Shown in pieces: positions 1 through 9,713 of a stretch of 62,626 nt of DNA. The translations under genes and the position numbers were made by a program. Each line of letters starts with the position of its first letter. The stretch's first letter is position 1. The notes below the pieces were generated by a model, which saw only the letters and a list, made by a program, of their open reading frames with translations, was not told where the DNA came from and did not search any database. Source of the stretch: Candidatus Bathyarchaeia archaeon (lineage in GTDB: Archaea; Thermoproteota; Bathyarchaeia; Bathyarchaeales; Bathycorpusculaceae); NCBI GenBank assembly GCA_050012755.1, contig JBEKGO010000008.1, forward strand, positions 1 to 62,626, written 5' to 3'.

Positions 1-1188
1 TCAAACATCGAATATGCCATACGAGACGTCATAGTGCACACCAAACAACTCACTAAAGACGGCAAAAAAATCTACTACCTAAACATCGGCGACCCAGCAG
101 CATTCGACTTAACAGTTCCCCCACACGTCAAAGCAGCCCTCTGCAAAGCTCTGCAAGAAGATAACAATTACTATTCACCTTCAGAAGGTATTCTGGAACT
201 TCGAGAAGCGGTTGCCAGAAAAGAAAAACGAGTTAACAATGTTAACATAACCGCTGAAGACGTCCTCATAACAGAAGGCATCTCAGAAGGCATACAAATG
301 TCACTCGCCGCTATCGTGGAGAAAGGCGACGAAATCCTCTTTCCTGGACCTACATACCCGCCTTACATTTCTTATACAAGATTCTTTGATGGAACGCCAG
401 TTGCCTATGAAACCGTCGAGTCCGAATGCTGGCAACCCAACGTAGACGACCTGCGGAAGAAAATTTCCAAAAAAACCCGAGCGCTTGTAATCATAAATCC
501 AAATAATCCGACCGGCGCAGTTTATGGAAGAAAAATGATTAAGGAAATGTTGGATGTCGCCGCAGAACACAAGCTGCTTGTGCTCTCAGATGAAATTTAC
601 GACCAAATCACCTACTCAGACAATTTCGTCAGCACTGCAAGCCTAGCCAAAGACGTACCCGTTCTGGGTTTCAACGGCTTCTCCAAAGCCTACCAAATGA
701 CGGGGCTACGGCTAGGTTACTTATACTTTAAGAGCCAAAAAGGTGAACTCGATAAGCTTAGGCTGGGAATCGAAAAAGAATGCCGCATCCGCCTATGCGC
801 CAACACGCCCGTGCAGAAAGCCGGCGCCGCAGCCCTTAACGGACCACAAGACCACATCAAAGGCGTCGTCGAAAAACTGCGCCAAAGAAGAGACTACTCA
901 TGTAAACGCCTTAATGAGATTGAAGGCATAAGCACGACAAAGCCTGAAGGAGCATTTTACATCTTTCCCAAAATCCATGATGTAGGCAAAATATGGAAAA
1001 CTGACATGGAATTTGTTGTTGATTTGCTTAAAGAAACGGGTGTGCTTGTGGTTAATGGCTCAGGTTTCGACCCTGTTTACGGTAAAGGTCACGCAAGAGC
1101 AGTGTTCCTGCCGCCAATTCCAGAGTTGGAAGAAGCTTTCAACGGTTTAGAAGGCTTCATGAAGAAACGCAAAAACAAAAAACCATAG
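1..1188 (+). CDS. Class I/II PLP aminotransferase (alanine/aspartate aminotransferase-like), 5' truncated by window edge
   Basis: Frame open from base 1 (SNIEYAIRDVIV); LNIGDP, INPNNPTG, DEIY and FNGFSKAYQMTGLRLGY PLP-lysine motif. Confidence 0.9.
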   Translation, partial: SNIEYAIRDVIVHTKQLTKDGKKIYYLNIGDPAAFDLTVPPHVKAALCKALQEDNNYYSPSEGILELREAVARKEKRVNNVNITAEDVLITEGISEGIQMSLAAIVEKGDEILFPGPTYPPYISYTRFFDGTPVAYETVESECWQPNVDDLRKKISKKTRALVIINPNNPTGAVYGRKMIKEMLDVAAEHKLLVLSDEIYDQITYSDNFVSTASLAKDVPVLGFNGFSKAYQMTGLRLGYLYFKSQKGELDKLRLGIEKECRIRLCANTPVQKAGAAALNGPQDHIKGVVEKLRQRRDYSCKRLNEIEGISTTKPEGAFYIFPKIHDVGKIWKTDMEFVVDLLKETGVLVVNGSGFDPVYGKGHARAVFLPPIPELEEAFNGLEGFMKKRKNKKP

Positions 1189-1285
1189 AATCCGTGCTGC
1201 TCTCTTTTTTGTCTTGTTTTTTACAGCTAAAAAGTAGACGCCATTCCACAAAATTCTGATTGGGAGAAACAAAAATTAAAGAAAT

Positions 1286-2170
1286 TTAGATTTTTACGCC
1301 CTGAGTTGGGTCTTCAATTACTTTTTGGAACTCCACCATTAGCTTCTTTGTGATTGGTCCTGGTTTGCCTGTGCCGATTATGCGTTTGTTTACTTCGCGG
1401 ATTGGAACCATTTCCATAGCTGTGCCTGTGAAGAAGGCTTCGTCAGCTGTGAACATCATGAACGGCGTTATATTCGTAACTGTCACCTTCAAACCCATTT
1501 TTGCAATGAGATCTGTTAATACTTGGGCGGTGATGCCTGCAAGCGCCCCTGTTGAAGTTGGCGGTGTGAGCAATTCGCCATTTTTGACAATGAAAACGTT
1601 TTCGCCGGCACCTTCAGCAATGCAACCATTGCCCTCAAGGCAGATGGCTTCGTCGACACCGCATGCGTTTGCCTCTATTTTTGCTAAGACACTGTTTAGG
1701 TAATTAAGCGATTTTATCTCCTGCGTGGTTGCGTCAACCGGATTTCTGCGAACCCAAGAGAACATGGTTGTGACGCCTATTTCTTTGGCGTTGCCGGCTC
1801 GTATGTTAATTGTGTCAGTTATGATTATGACTGTGGGTTTGGGACATTTGCGTGGGTCTAATCCTAAGTCTCCAACTCCTCTGCTGACTACCAAGCGGAT
1901 GTAGGAGTCTTTCATTTTATTTTTTCTTAGTGTTTCAACTACAGCTTGAATCATTGCTTCCTTTGTCAATGGGATTTGCAATGTTATGGCGTGTGCTGAA
2001 CGGTAAAGGCGGTCAATATGCTCTTTTAGCTTGAAGACCACTCCGTTGTATTCTCGTATTCCTTCAAAAACGCCGTCTCCGTAAAGGAAGCCGTGGTCAT
2101 AGACTGAAATCGTGGCTTGCGATTTTGGATAATATTTTCCGTCTATGTAGACTTGTAATTCATTGCTCAT
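1286..2170 (-). CDS. ilvE: Branched-chain amino acid aminotransferase
   Basis: DHGFLYGDGVFEG, IKSLNYLNS, EGAGENVF, FFTGTAME class IV motifs. Confidence 0.95.
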   Translation of the reverse strand: MSNELQVYIDGKYYPKSQATISVYDHGFLYGDGVFEGIREYNGVVFKLKEHIDRLYRSAHAITLQIPLTKEAMIQAVVETLRKNKMKDSYIRLVVSRGVGDLGLDPRKCPKPTVIIITDTINIRAGNAKEIGVTTMFSWVRRNPVDATTQEIKSLNYLNSVLAKIEANACGVDEAICLEGNGCIAEGAGENVFIVKNGELLTPPTSTGALAGITAQVLTDLIAKMGLKVTVTNITPFMMFTADEAFFTGTAMEMVPIREVNKRIIGTGKPGPITKKLMVEFQKVIEDPTQGVKI

Positions 2171-2250
2171 TTGGTTTACACTTCTTACCGTGTTTCATAT
2201 TGTTCGATTCTTTGATATATTTTGCGTCAATGATACATGTAATTCGTTTA

Positions 2251-4149
2251 TCAACCGTGGAACTGCGGTCTCTTCGAAAGATACATTGGCAACGGCAGAG
2301 GCTTGAAAGGCTTACCAGCAATTTTCCCAGTGACTTTAGCTATTAATTGGTCAGCGGTCATGTTTTGCTGTTGCCCCTTAAGCTCGCGGTCTCTAACAGA
2401 GAGCAAACCTGATTCAACTTCTTTTTCGCCGACAACAATAATGTAGGGTATCCATTCCTGCTCTGCTTCGCGGATTTTCTTCTGCAAGGTCGACGCGCTA
2501 TCGTCAATGTCTACGCGGATGCAGTGCGAACCGATTTGTTTGGCAAGTTCATCCAACTTATCGAGGAACTTATCTGATATTGGGATAAACCTTACTTGAG
2601 TGGGTGAAAGCCAAAGCGGCAGCATCGGTGCTTTACCTGCCATCTGTTCACGATAAGCCTTTTCCAGCAATGCGTAAATGTCCCGTTCTATTGCGCCGCT
2701 TGGGGAGCAGTGTAGGATAAGCGGGTACTGTTTTTCGCCTTTTTCGTCAACATAGGTTATTTCGTAGCGTTTAGCGTTTTCTACGTCAATTTGGTCTGTG
2801 CTGAGTGCTGCGGCTTTGTCTTGATTGTCAACAAAGTTGAGGTCCCATTTGAGCACGAAATAGAAGAAGCGTTCATTCCACACTTCAGCCAACATGGGTT
2901 TGCCAAAGTTTTTTGCCAATTCGGCAATGAACTCCTTGTGTTCATCGTAAAAGTTCCTGGTGAAGCGCATAGCTATTTCGTAATCGTCTTTTGTGAAGCC
3001 TATGTTGCTTAAGACGTCTATACAGAGGTTGAAGCGAATCATGAATTCTTTTTTAGCCTGGTCAAGGTCAGCGCAGAAAGCGTGGCAGTCGGGCATTGTG
3101 AATGCTCGCAGACGCTTCAAGCCGACGACTTCGCCGCTTTTTTCGCGCCTGAAACTATAGCGTGTTAATTCGTATAACTTGATTGGGAGCTGTTTGTAGC
3201 TGAATTGGGCGTCATGAGCCATTAGGAACTGGCCAAAACACGCAGCGAAACGTAAGAACAACTCTTTGTCTTCTGATCTTAGCACGTATTGGCGAGCTGG
3301 GAAACGGTTTAAGTAACTTTTGAGGCTCGGGTGGTTGAAGTCATACATTATTGGGGTTTCTACTTCCATGCCGCCGTAAGCCGCCACTTTTGTGCTGACA
3401 TATTGCTCCAAAAGAGACTTGATCATGCGTCCTTTGGGGTACCAACGGATGTTTCCAGGATCACTTCCAGGCTCATAATCGGCGATTTCAAGCCTTTTCA
3501 TCAAAGTAACATGAGGCGGCATCTGAGTCACTGCCCTAGCCTTCTTGATTTCATACTGCGAGAACTTTTGTAGGTTCACGTGTCCCTTGAACTTGAATTC
3601 TTCAATAGGCACCAAAGAGCCATCGGGCAAAATAACGTGCCAGAATGACTGCATTTTATCTTCAGCTTTGAGTGCAGCGGAAACTGACTCTTCCTCTTTT
3701 TTGCATATGCCTTCAGCTTGTGTCTCAGCCGTAACTATCTTAGGTGCATAGGAACGTGCTTGCTCGGCAAGCGGGTGCCCTTTTATTGAGATGGTGAATT
3801 GCTTATTCCAGCCAAACGGGGCACGGTAAGTTTCGATTCCCTTCTCTTTTGCATAAGATTCCATGTCTTTAATTATTTTGAGGGCTTCCGATGGCTGAGA
3901 AAGATTGCTGCTTAAATGAGCAAACGGATAGATGAGAATGCGGTTAGTTTTCTGTTTACCGAGAAAGGCACGGACATCATCAATGGCTTTGTGCCCAATC
4001 GCGGTATTGTCCCCTTCTTCAATAGCAGTAAACAGAACCACAACTTCTTCTAAGCGGTTTTCTTTTTGTTCCGCTTCCTCAGCAATAGCTATTTCTTTTT
4101 GGACTGGTTTGAAAACTATAAAGTCAGAGTGTAATTGTAATATTCGCAT
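2251..4149 (-). CDS. thrS: Threonyl-tRNA synthetase, archaeal type with N-terminal editing domain
   Basis: MRILQLHSD, YPFAHLS, APFGWNK editing domain; LRFAACFGQF, RLRAFTMPDCH, LHCSPSGAIER. Confidence 0.97.
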   Translation of the reverse strand: MRILQLHSDFIVFKPVQKEIAIAEEAEQKENRLEEVVVLFTAIEEGDNTAIGHKAIDDVRAFLGKQKTNRILIYPFAHLSSNLSQPSEALKIIKDMESYAKEKGIETYRAPFGWNKQFTISIKGHPLAEQARSYAPKIVTAETQAEGICKKEEESVSAALKAEDKMQSFWHVILPDGSLVPIEEFKFKGHVNLQKFSQYEIKKARAVTQMPPHVTLMKRLEIADYEPGSDPGNIRWYPKGRMIKSLLEQYVSTKVAAYGGMEVETPIMYDFNHPSLKSYLNRFPARQYVLRSEDKELFLRFAACFGQFLMAHDAQFSYKQLPIKLYELTRYSFRREKSGEVVGLKRLRAFTMPDCHAFCADLDQAKKEFMIRFNLCIDVLSNIGFTKDDYEIAMRFTRNFYDEHKEFIAELAKNFGKPMLAEVWNERFFYFVLKWDLNFVDNQDKAAALSTDQIDVENAKRYEITYVDEKGEKQYPLILHCSPSGAIERDIYALLEKAYREQMAGKAPMLPLWLSPTQVRFIPISDKFLDKLDELAKQIGSHCIRVDIDDSASTLQKKIREAEQEWIPYIIVVGEKEVESGLLSVRDRELKGQQQNMTADQLIAKVTGKIAGKPFKPLPLPMYLSKRPQFHG

Positions 4150-4164
4150 GGTACTTCACTCTTC

Positions 4165-4371
4165 TTAACCGTAACGCCACTTTTCAAGCGTTTTATCTTT
4201 TTTAGTCTTTTTCTTAAATTCTTTATAATGCTCTTTGCAGATGTAAGCACGGCTTTCTTTGCCGTCAACATTTAAGCCAGCAGCCCTAACTTTGTCAGCT
4301 GATATCGAACGAACAGCTTCTTTGCCACAGCCTAACACAGTGCATTTTTGTCCTTTTTCTATGCGACCCAT
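4165..4371 (-). CDS. Small basic Cys/His (zinc-binding) hypothetical protein
   Basis: CTVLGC...CKEH, Lys-rich tail; tightly packed upstream of thrS. Confidence 0.75.
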   Translation of the reverse strand: MGRIEKGQKCTVLGCGKEAVRSISADKVRAAGLNVDGKESRAYICKEHYKEFKKKTKKDKTLEKWRYG

Positions 4372-4410
4372 AGTCAAAGCCTCAATACATTTTTACTACG
4401 AACATATACG

Positions 4411-5334
4411 CTATTGCTTAAGTTCTTTTTCATACAAAATTTTGGCTCTACGATAAATTTCTTCTTTTGTGCCAAAATAAGTGGGACCCAAGCCTTCGAC
4501 AACAACCGAAGCTGCAGCTGAACCTACGCAGGCGCACCATGTTGATTCTTTTTGGCGTAAGTATTCTGTTAAGAAACCGCCGATGAAAACGTCTCCTGCG
4601 CCTGTTGGGTCAACAAGAACCTGTGAAGGGCAAGCGGCAATATTGTATTGTGCTCCTTCAACTGAGAGCAATGATCCTTTAGCCCCCATAGTAACGATGA
4701 CAGTTTCAACTCCGACGTCGTGAATTGCCTTTATCGCTGGCTTTAGTTCTGATTCGCCAGTTAATCGGTAAATTTCGTTTTGTGATGACTTGTAAATGTT
4801 TATCAAACTAAATATCTGTGCGTCAACGGAAGCATTTTCAGTCACATTTCCTGCTTCGTCGAAGCTTCGAAGCAAACCTTGAGGATCAATCGATAAAACA
4901 TCAGCGCATTTCTTGAGGTGTTCAACTACTTCGAATGATACTTCGTTGGCAATGGGTGCAATATGTATCGCTTTTGCCTGCAAATCCGCTGGCACATCAG
5001 CCAAGCCGATTGGTGCTCCTTTGCTTTTCAGTTTCAGAGATCTGTCCGACAAATCGCCGTTATATGTTAGTTCAAAACTTGTTGTCGGCTCATCCGCACG
5101 TTTAGTCACTCCTGAAACATCAATCCCTTCTTGCTTAAGCCACCACAAGTAAGCTTCTGGGAAATTCCCGCCGACTTTAGAAATCACGGAGGCTGTTGCT
5201 TCTAAACGTTTGACGGCAAAAGAAGTGTAGGTTGCTGCTCCACCCAAAACAACAAACGGAGCTGTTCTAGAAGGCAATATTATTGTATCGATACAGAGGT
5301 GTCCAACTACTGCTACATCCACGTTTTGAAGCAC
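4411..5334 (-). CDS. PfkB-family carbohydrate/nucleoside kinase
   Basis: GGAATY, VTMGAKGS, VDPTGAGDVFIGGF signature. Confidence 0.92.
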   Translation of the reverse strand: MLQNVDVAVVGHLCIDTIILPSRTAPFVVLGGAATYTSFAVKRLEATASVISKVGGNFPEAYLWWLKQEGIDVSGVTKRADEPTTSFELTYNGDLSDRSLKLKSKGAPIGLADVPADLQAKAIHIAPIANEVSFEVVEHLKKCADVLSIDPQGLLRSFDEAGNVTENASVDAQIFSLINIYKSSQNEIYRLTGESELKPAIKAIHDVGVETVIVTMGAKGSLLSVEGAQYNIAACPSQVLVDPTGAGDVFIGGFLTEYLRQKESTWCACVGSAAASVVVEGLGPTYFGTKEEIYRRAKILYEKELKQ

Positions 5335-5387
5335 TGCCCAAGCCCCTCATGAGGATTAATATGTACTCTCAAATATAACCTTGAAAT

Positions 5388-5753
5388 TTAAGATTGCAGG
5401 AGCAGGATTGCTTTTGCTAAATCTCCTTGGCATTCCTCGAGGGCTTCCTTTGCTTTTTCAAAGCTTTTGCCAGTTTGATCTGCCACCAACCTCACATCTT
5501 CCTCAGAAAACGTTGGCTGAACAGCAACTGCAGCTTGACGCTTTGATGGCGCTTGCTCTGAAACTTGCCCTCCGATGACTTGGTACATTTTTTGTCCTTG
5601 CACTTCTAAAATTGCGACTTCCGGCTCATCAATTAATATGTCTTTGCTATTTGTCCTGATTATGACTTGTTGAACGTCGGGCACTGTATCCATGTTCATG
5701 CCCATACGTTGCATCATACGTTTTTGCTCACGAGGATTCATGCGCCTATGCAT
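5388..5753 (-). CDS. nac: Nascent polypeptide-associated complex protein
   Basis: MNPREQKRMMQRMGM, NAC beta domain, C-terminal UBA (EEDVRLVADQTG...GDLAKAIL). Confidence 0.93.
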   Translation of the reverse strand: MHRRMNPREQKRMMQRMGMNMDTVPDVQQVIIRTNSKDILIDEPEVAILEVQGQKMYQVIGGQVSEQAPSKRQAAVAVQPTFSEEDVRLVADQTGKSFEKAKEALEECQGDLAKAILLLQS

Positions 5754-5898
5754 ATACTTTACATCCAAGGACTATTCTGCTGTATTACTTGATATAAACT
5801 TAACTTCTTCGAGTATTCTGAATAATTACTGTTGATTCATAACCCTTTACTGCATCCTTCTTGAAATCTAGTTGCATACTCAAGAAGGCTACTTGCTC

Positions 5899-8118
5899 GT
5901 GAAAATACGTCGAAAGACACTGCTCATACTTCTTTTAACAACGATCATTTTGATGTCAACGATTTATGTGGTTTCTCAAAAAATAATGTTAGATAGCATT
6001 GCAACAACTGAAAACAAAGAGGCTGAATCGAATGCTCAAAGATTCATTACAAACCTGAATATAGAACTGCAGAACATCAATTCAACTGACAACGATTGGG
6101 CTGCTTGGGATGATACATATCAATTCATCGAAAACAACAATTCAGCATATATCCAGTCAAATCTTCCAGACCAGACCTTGAGTCATCTGGGACTAAACTT
6201 GATTCTCTTCATTAATCAAGATCGACAATTAGTTTTTGGGAAGGCATTCGACCTTGAAAACCAAACGAACATTGCCCTCCAAGATGCCGAGGTAAGCCAG
6301 ATTTCAAAAAACAATTTCCTCTACACAAACGATCCTGAACAAACCGAAGGAGGTCTCATTCTTTTCGGGGGATCCCCACTGATTGTAGTTTCACAGCCTA
6401 TTCTGACAAGTGAAGGCGAGGGACCAGTTCGCGGAGCTCTCATTATGGGGCGTTTTCTTGATAAATCAGAGTCTGATGCCCTTGCTCAAGTTGTAGGGTT
6501 ACCGCTTGAAGTATTTACCATTGGCGCTTCTCCGATGTCTGCGGATTTTCAGTTAGCAAGCAAGAATCTTTCCCCTGTTCAGCCAGTCTTTGTTCATGTA
6601 ACAAACGAAACTAATATAGCAGGTTACGTTCTGCTTCAAGACGTAAGCGGCGCTCCGATTTTGATAACAAAGGTCGACGGTTACAGGACCGCCTTCCTGC
6701 AGGCTGAAACCAGCCTCAATTACCTCCTTGGCGCATTCGTTGTTCTAGGAGTTGTCATTTTTGCTGTAACTGCCATTTTGTTGAATAGAGTTGTGTTATC
6801 AAGAATTGGTCGACTCACCAATGATGTAACCAAAATAAACCCAACCAGTGAACAGCAAAATTACCTCAATGTTCAAGGAAACGATGAGTTATCGAACTTA
6901 GGCAGCAAAATTAATAGCATGCTTACCACGATACGAGATTCACGTATTGAGCTTAAGAAATATTCGGAATGTCTAGAGAGGAAAGTTGAAGAGAGAACTT
7001 CGGAGTTAAAAAGAAACCAAGAGAAGCTCAGGAGCATATTTACTGCTTCTCCAGACACTATTTTAGCAGTTGACCTCAAAAGCAAAATAACTGAAGCCAA
7101 CAAACCATTCTACGAATCTTCAGGTTACTCTCGCGACGACCTTATTGGAAGGTCAGCCTCCTTATTTCTGTCTGAAGCTGATTACGAGGGAGTCTTACAG
7201 AAACTTGAGGAGAACAAGGATAGCGGTTCACCCGTTCATTTAGAATGCAACATAGTAAAGAAGGATTCGTCTGTATATCCTGCTGAGCTTGCTTTAGGTT
7301 TTCTACAGAACTCACAAGGTGATCCGTTCGGTTATGTGGTGATGATTCGAGATTTAACTGAAAAGAAGGGATTGGAGACGAAGCTATTTAATACGGAAAG
7401 ACTAGCCGCTATTGGGGAGCTGGCAGGCATGGTTGGTCATGACCTACGCAATCCGTTGGCAGCTATCAAAAATGCTGCCTATTTTTTGAAAAAGAAGGGT
7501 GCTACAATTCCTGAATCTCAAGCAAAAGAAATGCTTGAAATCATCCACAATGCTATCGATCACTCAGACAAAATTATCAATGACCTTTTAGACTATTCCA
7601 GAATTATGCATTTGGAACTGCAAGTTTGCTCGGTAAAGAATGTTCTGTTAGATTCACTGGCATTTGCAAGAGTCCCCGAAAATGTTAAGATTTTGAACAC
7701 AGTTTCAGAAGAGCCTACTTTTAGAATCGACAAAACCAAAATAGAACGTGTTTTCATCAACCTTGTCAAGAACGCGATTGATGCTATGCCAAACGGAGGC
7801 ACAATTACAATAAACTGCAAACAAGTAGACAACAGTATTGAAATTACTTTTGCAGACACAGGCTCCGGTATTACAGATGAAATCTTGCCGAAGCTTTTTT
7901 CCCCACTGCTCACGACTAAGGCACAGGGTATGGGTTTCGGTTTAGCTATATGCAAACGCATTGTAGATGCACATGGTGGATTAATAGGGGTTGAGACTGA
8001 GAAAGGCAAAGGCACAGTTTTCAAAATTACTTTGCCGATTGAAGCTAAACAAGCAACTGACAATAACATAGATTGGGTAATAGTGCCAGAACGTTTGTTG
8101 TCTACAACCAAGCCATAA
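5899..8118 (+). CDS. Membrane sensor histidine kinase (CHASE4-HAMP-PAS-HisKA-HATPase)
   Basis: Two TM helices around DWAAWDDTY (CHASE4), GNDELSNL (HAMP), PAS, GHDLRNPL H-box, NAIDAM, DTGSGI, GMGFGL; start could be 5872. Confidence 0.93.
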   Translation: MKIRRKTLLILLLTTIILMSTIYVVSQKIMLDSIATTENKEAESNAQRFITNLNIELQNINSTDNDWAAWDDTYQFIENNNSAYIQSNLPDQTLSHLGLNLILFINQDRQLVFGKAFDLENQTNIALQDAEVSQISKNNFLYTNDPEQTEGGLILFGGSPLIVVSQPILTSEGEGPVRGALIMGRFLDKSESDALAQVVGLPLEVFTIGASPMSADFQLASKNLSPVQPVFVHVTNETNIAGYVLLQDVSGAPILITKVDGYRTAFLQAETSLNYLLGAFVVLGVVIFAVTAILLNRVVLSRIGRLTNDVTKINPTSEQQNYLNVQGNDELSNLGSKINSMLTTIRDSRIELKKYSECLERKVEERTSELKRNQEKLRSIFTASPDTILAVDLKSKITEANKPFYESSGYSRDDLIGRSASLFLSEADYEGVLQKLEENKDSGSPVHLECNIVKKDSSVYPAELALGFLQNSQGDPFGYVVMIRDLTEKKGLETKLFNTERLAAIGELAGMVGHDLRNPLAAIKNAAYFLKKKGATIPESQAKEMLEIIHNAIDHSDKIINDLLDYSRIMHLELQVCSVKNVLLDSLAFARVPENVKILNTVSEEPTFRIDKTKIERVFINLVKNAIDAMPNGGTITINCKQVDNSIEITFADTGSGITDEILPKLFSPLLTTKAQGMGFGLAICKRIVDAHGGLIGVETEKGKGTVFKITLPIEAKQATDNNIDWVIVPERLLSTTKP

Positions 8119-8201
8119 GAAACATAAAGAAAGAATTACTGGACCGATCAGTTTCCCTATGCTCGGCTCATTTTATAAATGCATTTATAGTCTATGAATT
8201 T

Positions 8202-8375
8202 TTAGTTATGAACATGGTATGCTGCTTGCAGCAAACGATTTAACCGACAAAGCTCAGGATAGATTTTTTTGTATTCTTCCGACGAATAGTATCCTATTTC
8301 GCTTGAATAAGATTTTGCTTGATGGCTTATGTATCTTAATGCTTCTTGTATGTTTTTGAATTCCATGTTTCTCAT
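8202..8375 (-). CDS. Small hypothetical protein (57 aa, MRNMEFKNIQEALRYISHQ...)
   Basis: Hand-translated ORF below the track cutoff; follows a second small ORF on the same strand. Confidence 0.35.
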   Translation of the reverse strand: MRNMEFKNIQEALRYISHQAKSYSSEIGYYSSEEYKKIYPELCRLNRLLQAAYHVHN

Positions 8376-8393
8376 CTTCACTATTTTCTATTG

Positions 8394-8492
8394 TTAATCT
8401 TTGATTTTGAGTTCAGATCTGATGTTGTTTACTACAATTGCGAATAAAGCAACAATTACACCTGTTGAAGCCAAATCGATTATTGCAAACAT
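8394..8492 (-). CDS. Putative single-TM microprotein (32 aa, MFAIIDLASTGVIVALFAIVVNNIRSELKIKD)
   Basis: GGTGA-like RBS upstream of ATG, hydrophobic helix plus charged tail, TATA-like TATATTTA further upstream. Confidence 0.4.
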   Translation of the reverse strand: MFAIIDLASTGVIVALFAIVVNNIRSELKIKD

Positions 8493-8644
8493 ATTTTCAC
8501 CACTTTGTTTTTTATTTAGTTAATTGCCCAGCTAAATATAAATACAGTTGTGATTTGTTCATAACTAATCATAAAAAATAGACACGTGTCTAAATGACAA
8601 GGAAAATTAAGGTGAAGACAAAACAGATCTTTTGAAAAACTTGT

Positions 8645-9106
8645 TTACCTAATCCCGTGTCTGATTTTAACAGCTACACCCGTTTTAAAAGCAGTCATCT
8701 CTGCGCTTGAAAGTTGCGCTCGCCCAACTGCCAAAACATTACCCAACTCATCTTTCACTATAACTTCCTCTTTGGTGCGGATGTCGGCATCAGCTTTAAC
8801 CACGTGAACGGCAAAAACATCTCCGCCCTTAGCGATAAACTTAGAAACATCATTTTGTATCGTGACAAAACACTTGGCGAAAGGAGTATTTTCCGCCATA
8901 AACTTGGCAGCTTTAATGCTTAGGGAAAGCAAGCCATCAGTTGGGCGTAGAGTAGCTAATCTTTCGCCGTTTAAGTTGATAAAACGTATTCTGCCCGTTC
9001 TTGGAGAATACTGAACCTCAATATTTTCGGGAAACAATTTTGCGCCTACACCCTTTCCAAACTGGTAATCGGCAATAGCCCTCAATTTGCCAAGCGTGTT
9101 CTCCAT
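8645..9106 (-). CDS. PUA-domain protein, similar to the C-terminal part of archaeosine tRNA-guanine transglycosylase
   Basis: IADYQFGKG, RTGRIR, LATLRPTDG, GGDVFAVHV, GVAVKIR. Confidence 0.85.
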   Translation of the reverse strand: MENTLGKLRAIADYQFGKGVGAKLFPENIEVQYSPRTGRIRFINLNGERLATLRPTDGLLSLSIKAAKFMAENTPFAKCFVTIQNDVSKFIAKGGDVFAVHVVKADADIRTKEEVIVKDELGNVLAVGRAQLSSAEMTAFKTGVAVKIRHGIR

Positions 9107-9191
9107 ATTTTCACCATTATTACTTTTTTGTTATTTCGACAAGTATAAACATAACAATATAATAAAGACAGTTAAAAGGTGAAGGCTTACA

Positions 9192-9713
9192 TTGAGATGC
9201 GAAGTCTGCGGGCACAAAATTCACGATGAACCAATCACTGCAGTAATTGAAGGAGCAAGACTCACTGTTTGCGTTGAATGCTCTAAACATGGAAAAATAG
9301 TTTATGAAGAACCGGCTGCTCCAAAACAAGCCGTCAAAAAACCGCAGGTACCAGTAAGCATGGTTCAAAGAAAACCAATGGTCGCTAATGTGAAAATAAC
9401 TCAGGAAGTCACAGAAGACTACGCAAATACTATAAGAGCAGCGCGGGAAAAACTGGGGCTTACCCATGAAGAACTAGGTAAAAGAATAAGTGAGAAAGCT
9501 TCAGTGTTGAGAAATCTTGAAGTTGGAAAGATGGCGCCAAACAATCAGCTTGCCTCCAAACTTGAGCACATGTTAAAAATCAAGTTGCTTGTTCCAGTTT
9601 CTGAAGAAAAAGGTACTCCTCTTCCTCATTCTGCAAGCCAAGAAATAACTTTGGGGGACCTCATCGAATTTGATAAGAGCGAGGAGGCGGCTTCGAAACG
9701 AAAGCCGTCATAG
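9192..9713 (+). CDS. mbf1: Archaeal multiprotein bridging factor (Zn ribbon plus HTH)
   Basis: CEVCG...VCVECSKHG, IRAAREKLGLTHEELG HTH, TLGDL tail. Confidence 0.92.
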   Translation: MRCEVCGHKIHDEPITAVIEGARLTVCVECSKHGKIVYEEPAAPKQAVKKPQVPVSMVQRKPMVANVKITQEVTEDYANTIRAAREKLGLTHEELGKRISEKASVLRNLEVGKMAPNNQLASKLEHMLKIKLLVPVSEEKGTPLPHSASQEITLGDLIEFDKSEEAASKRKPS

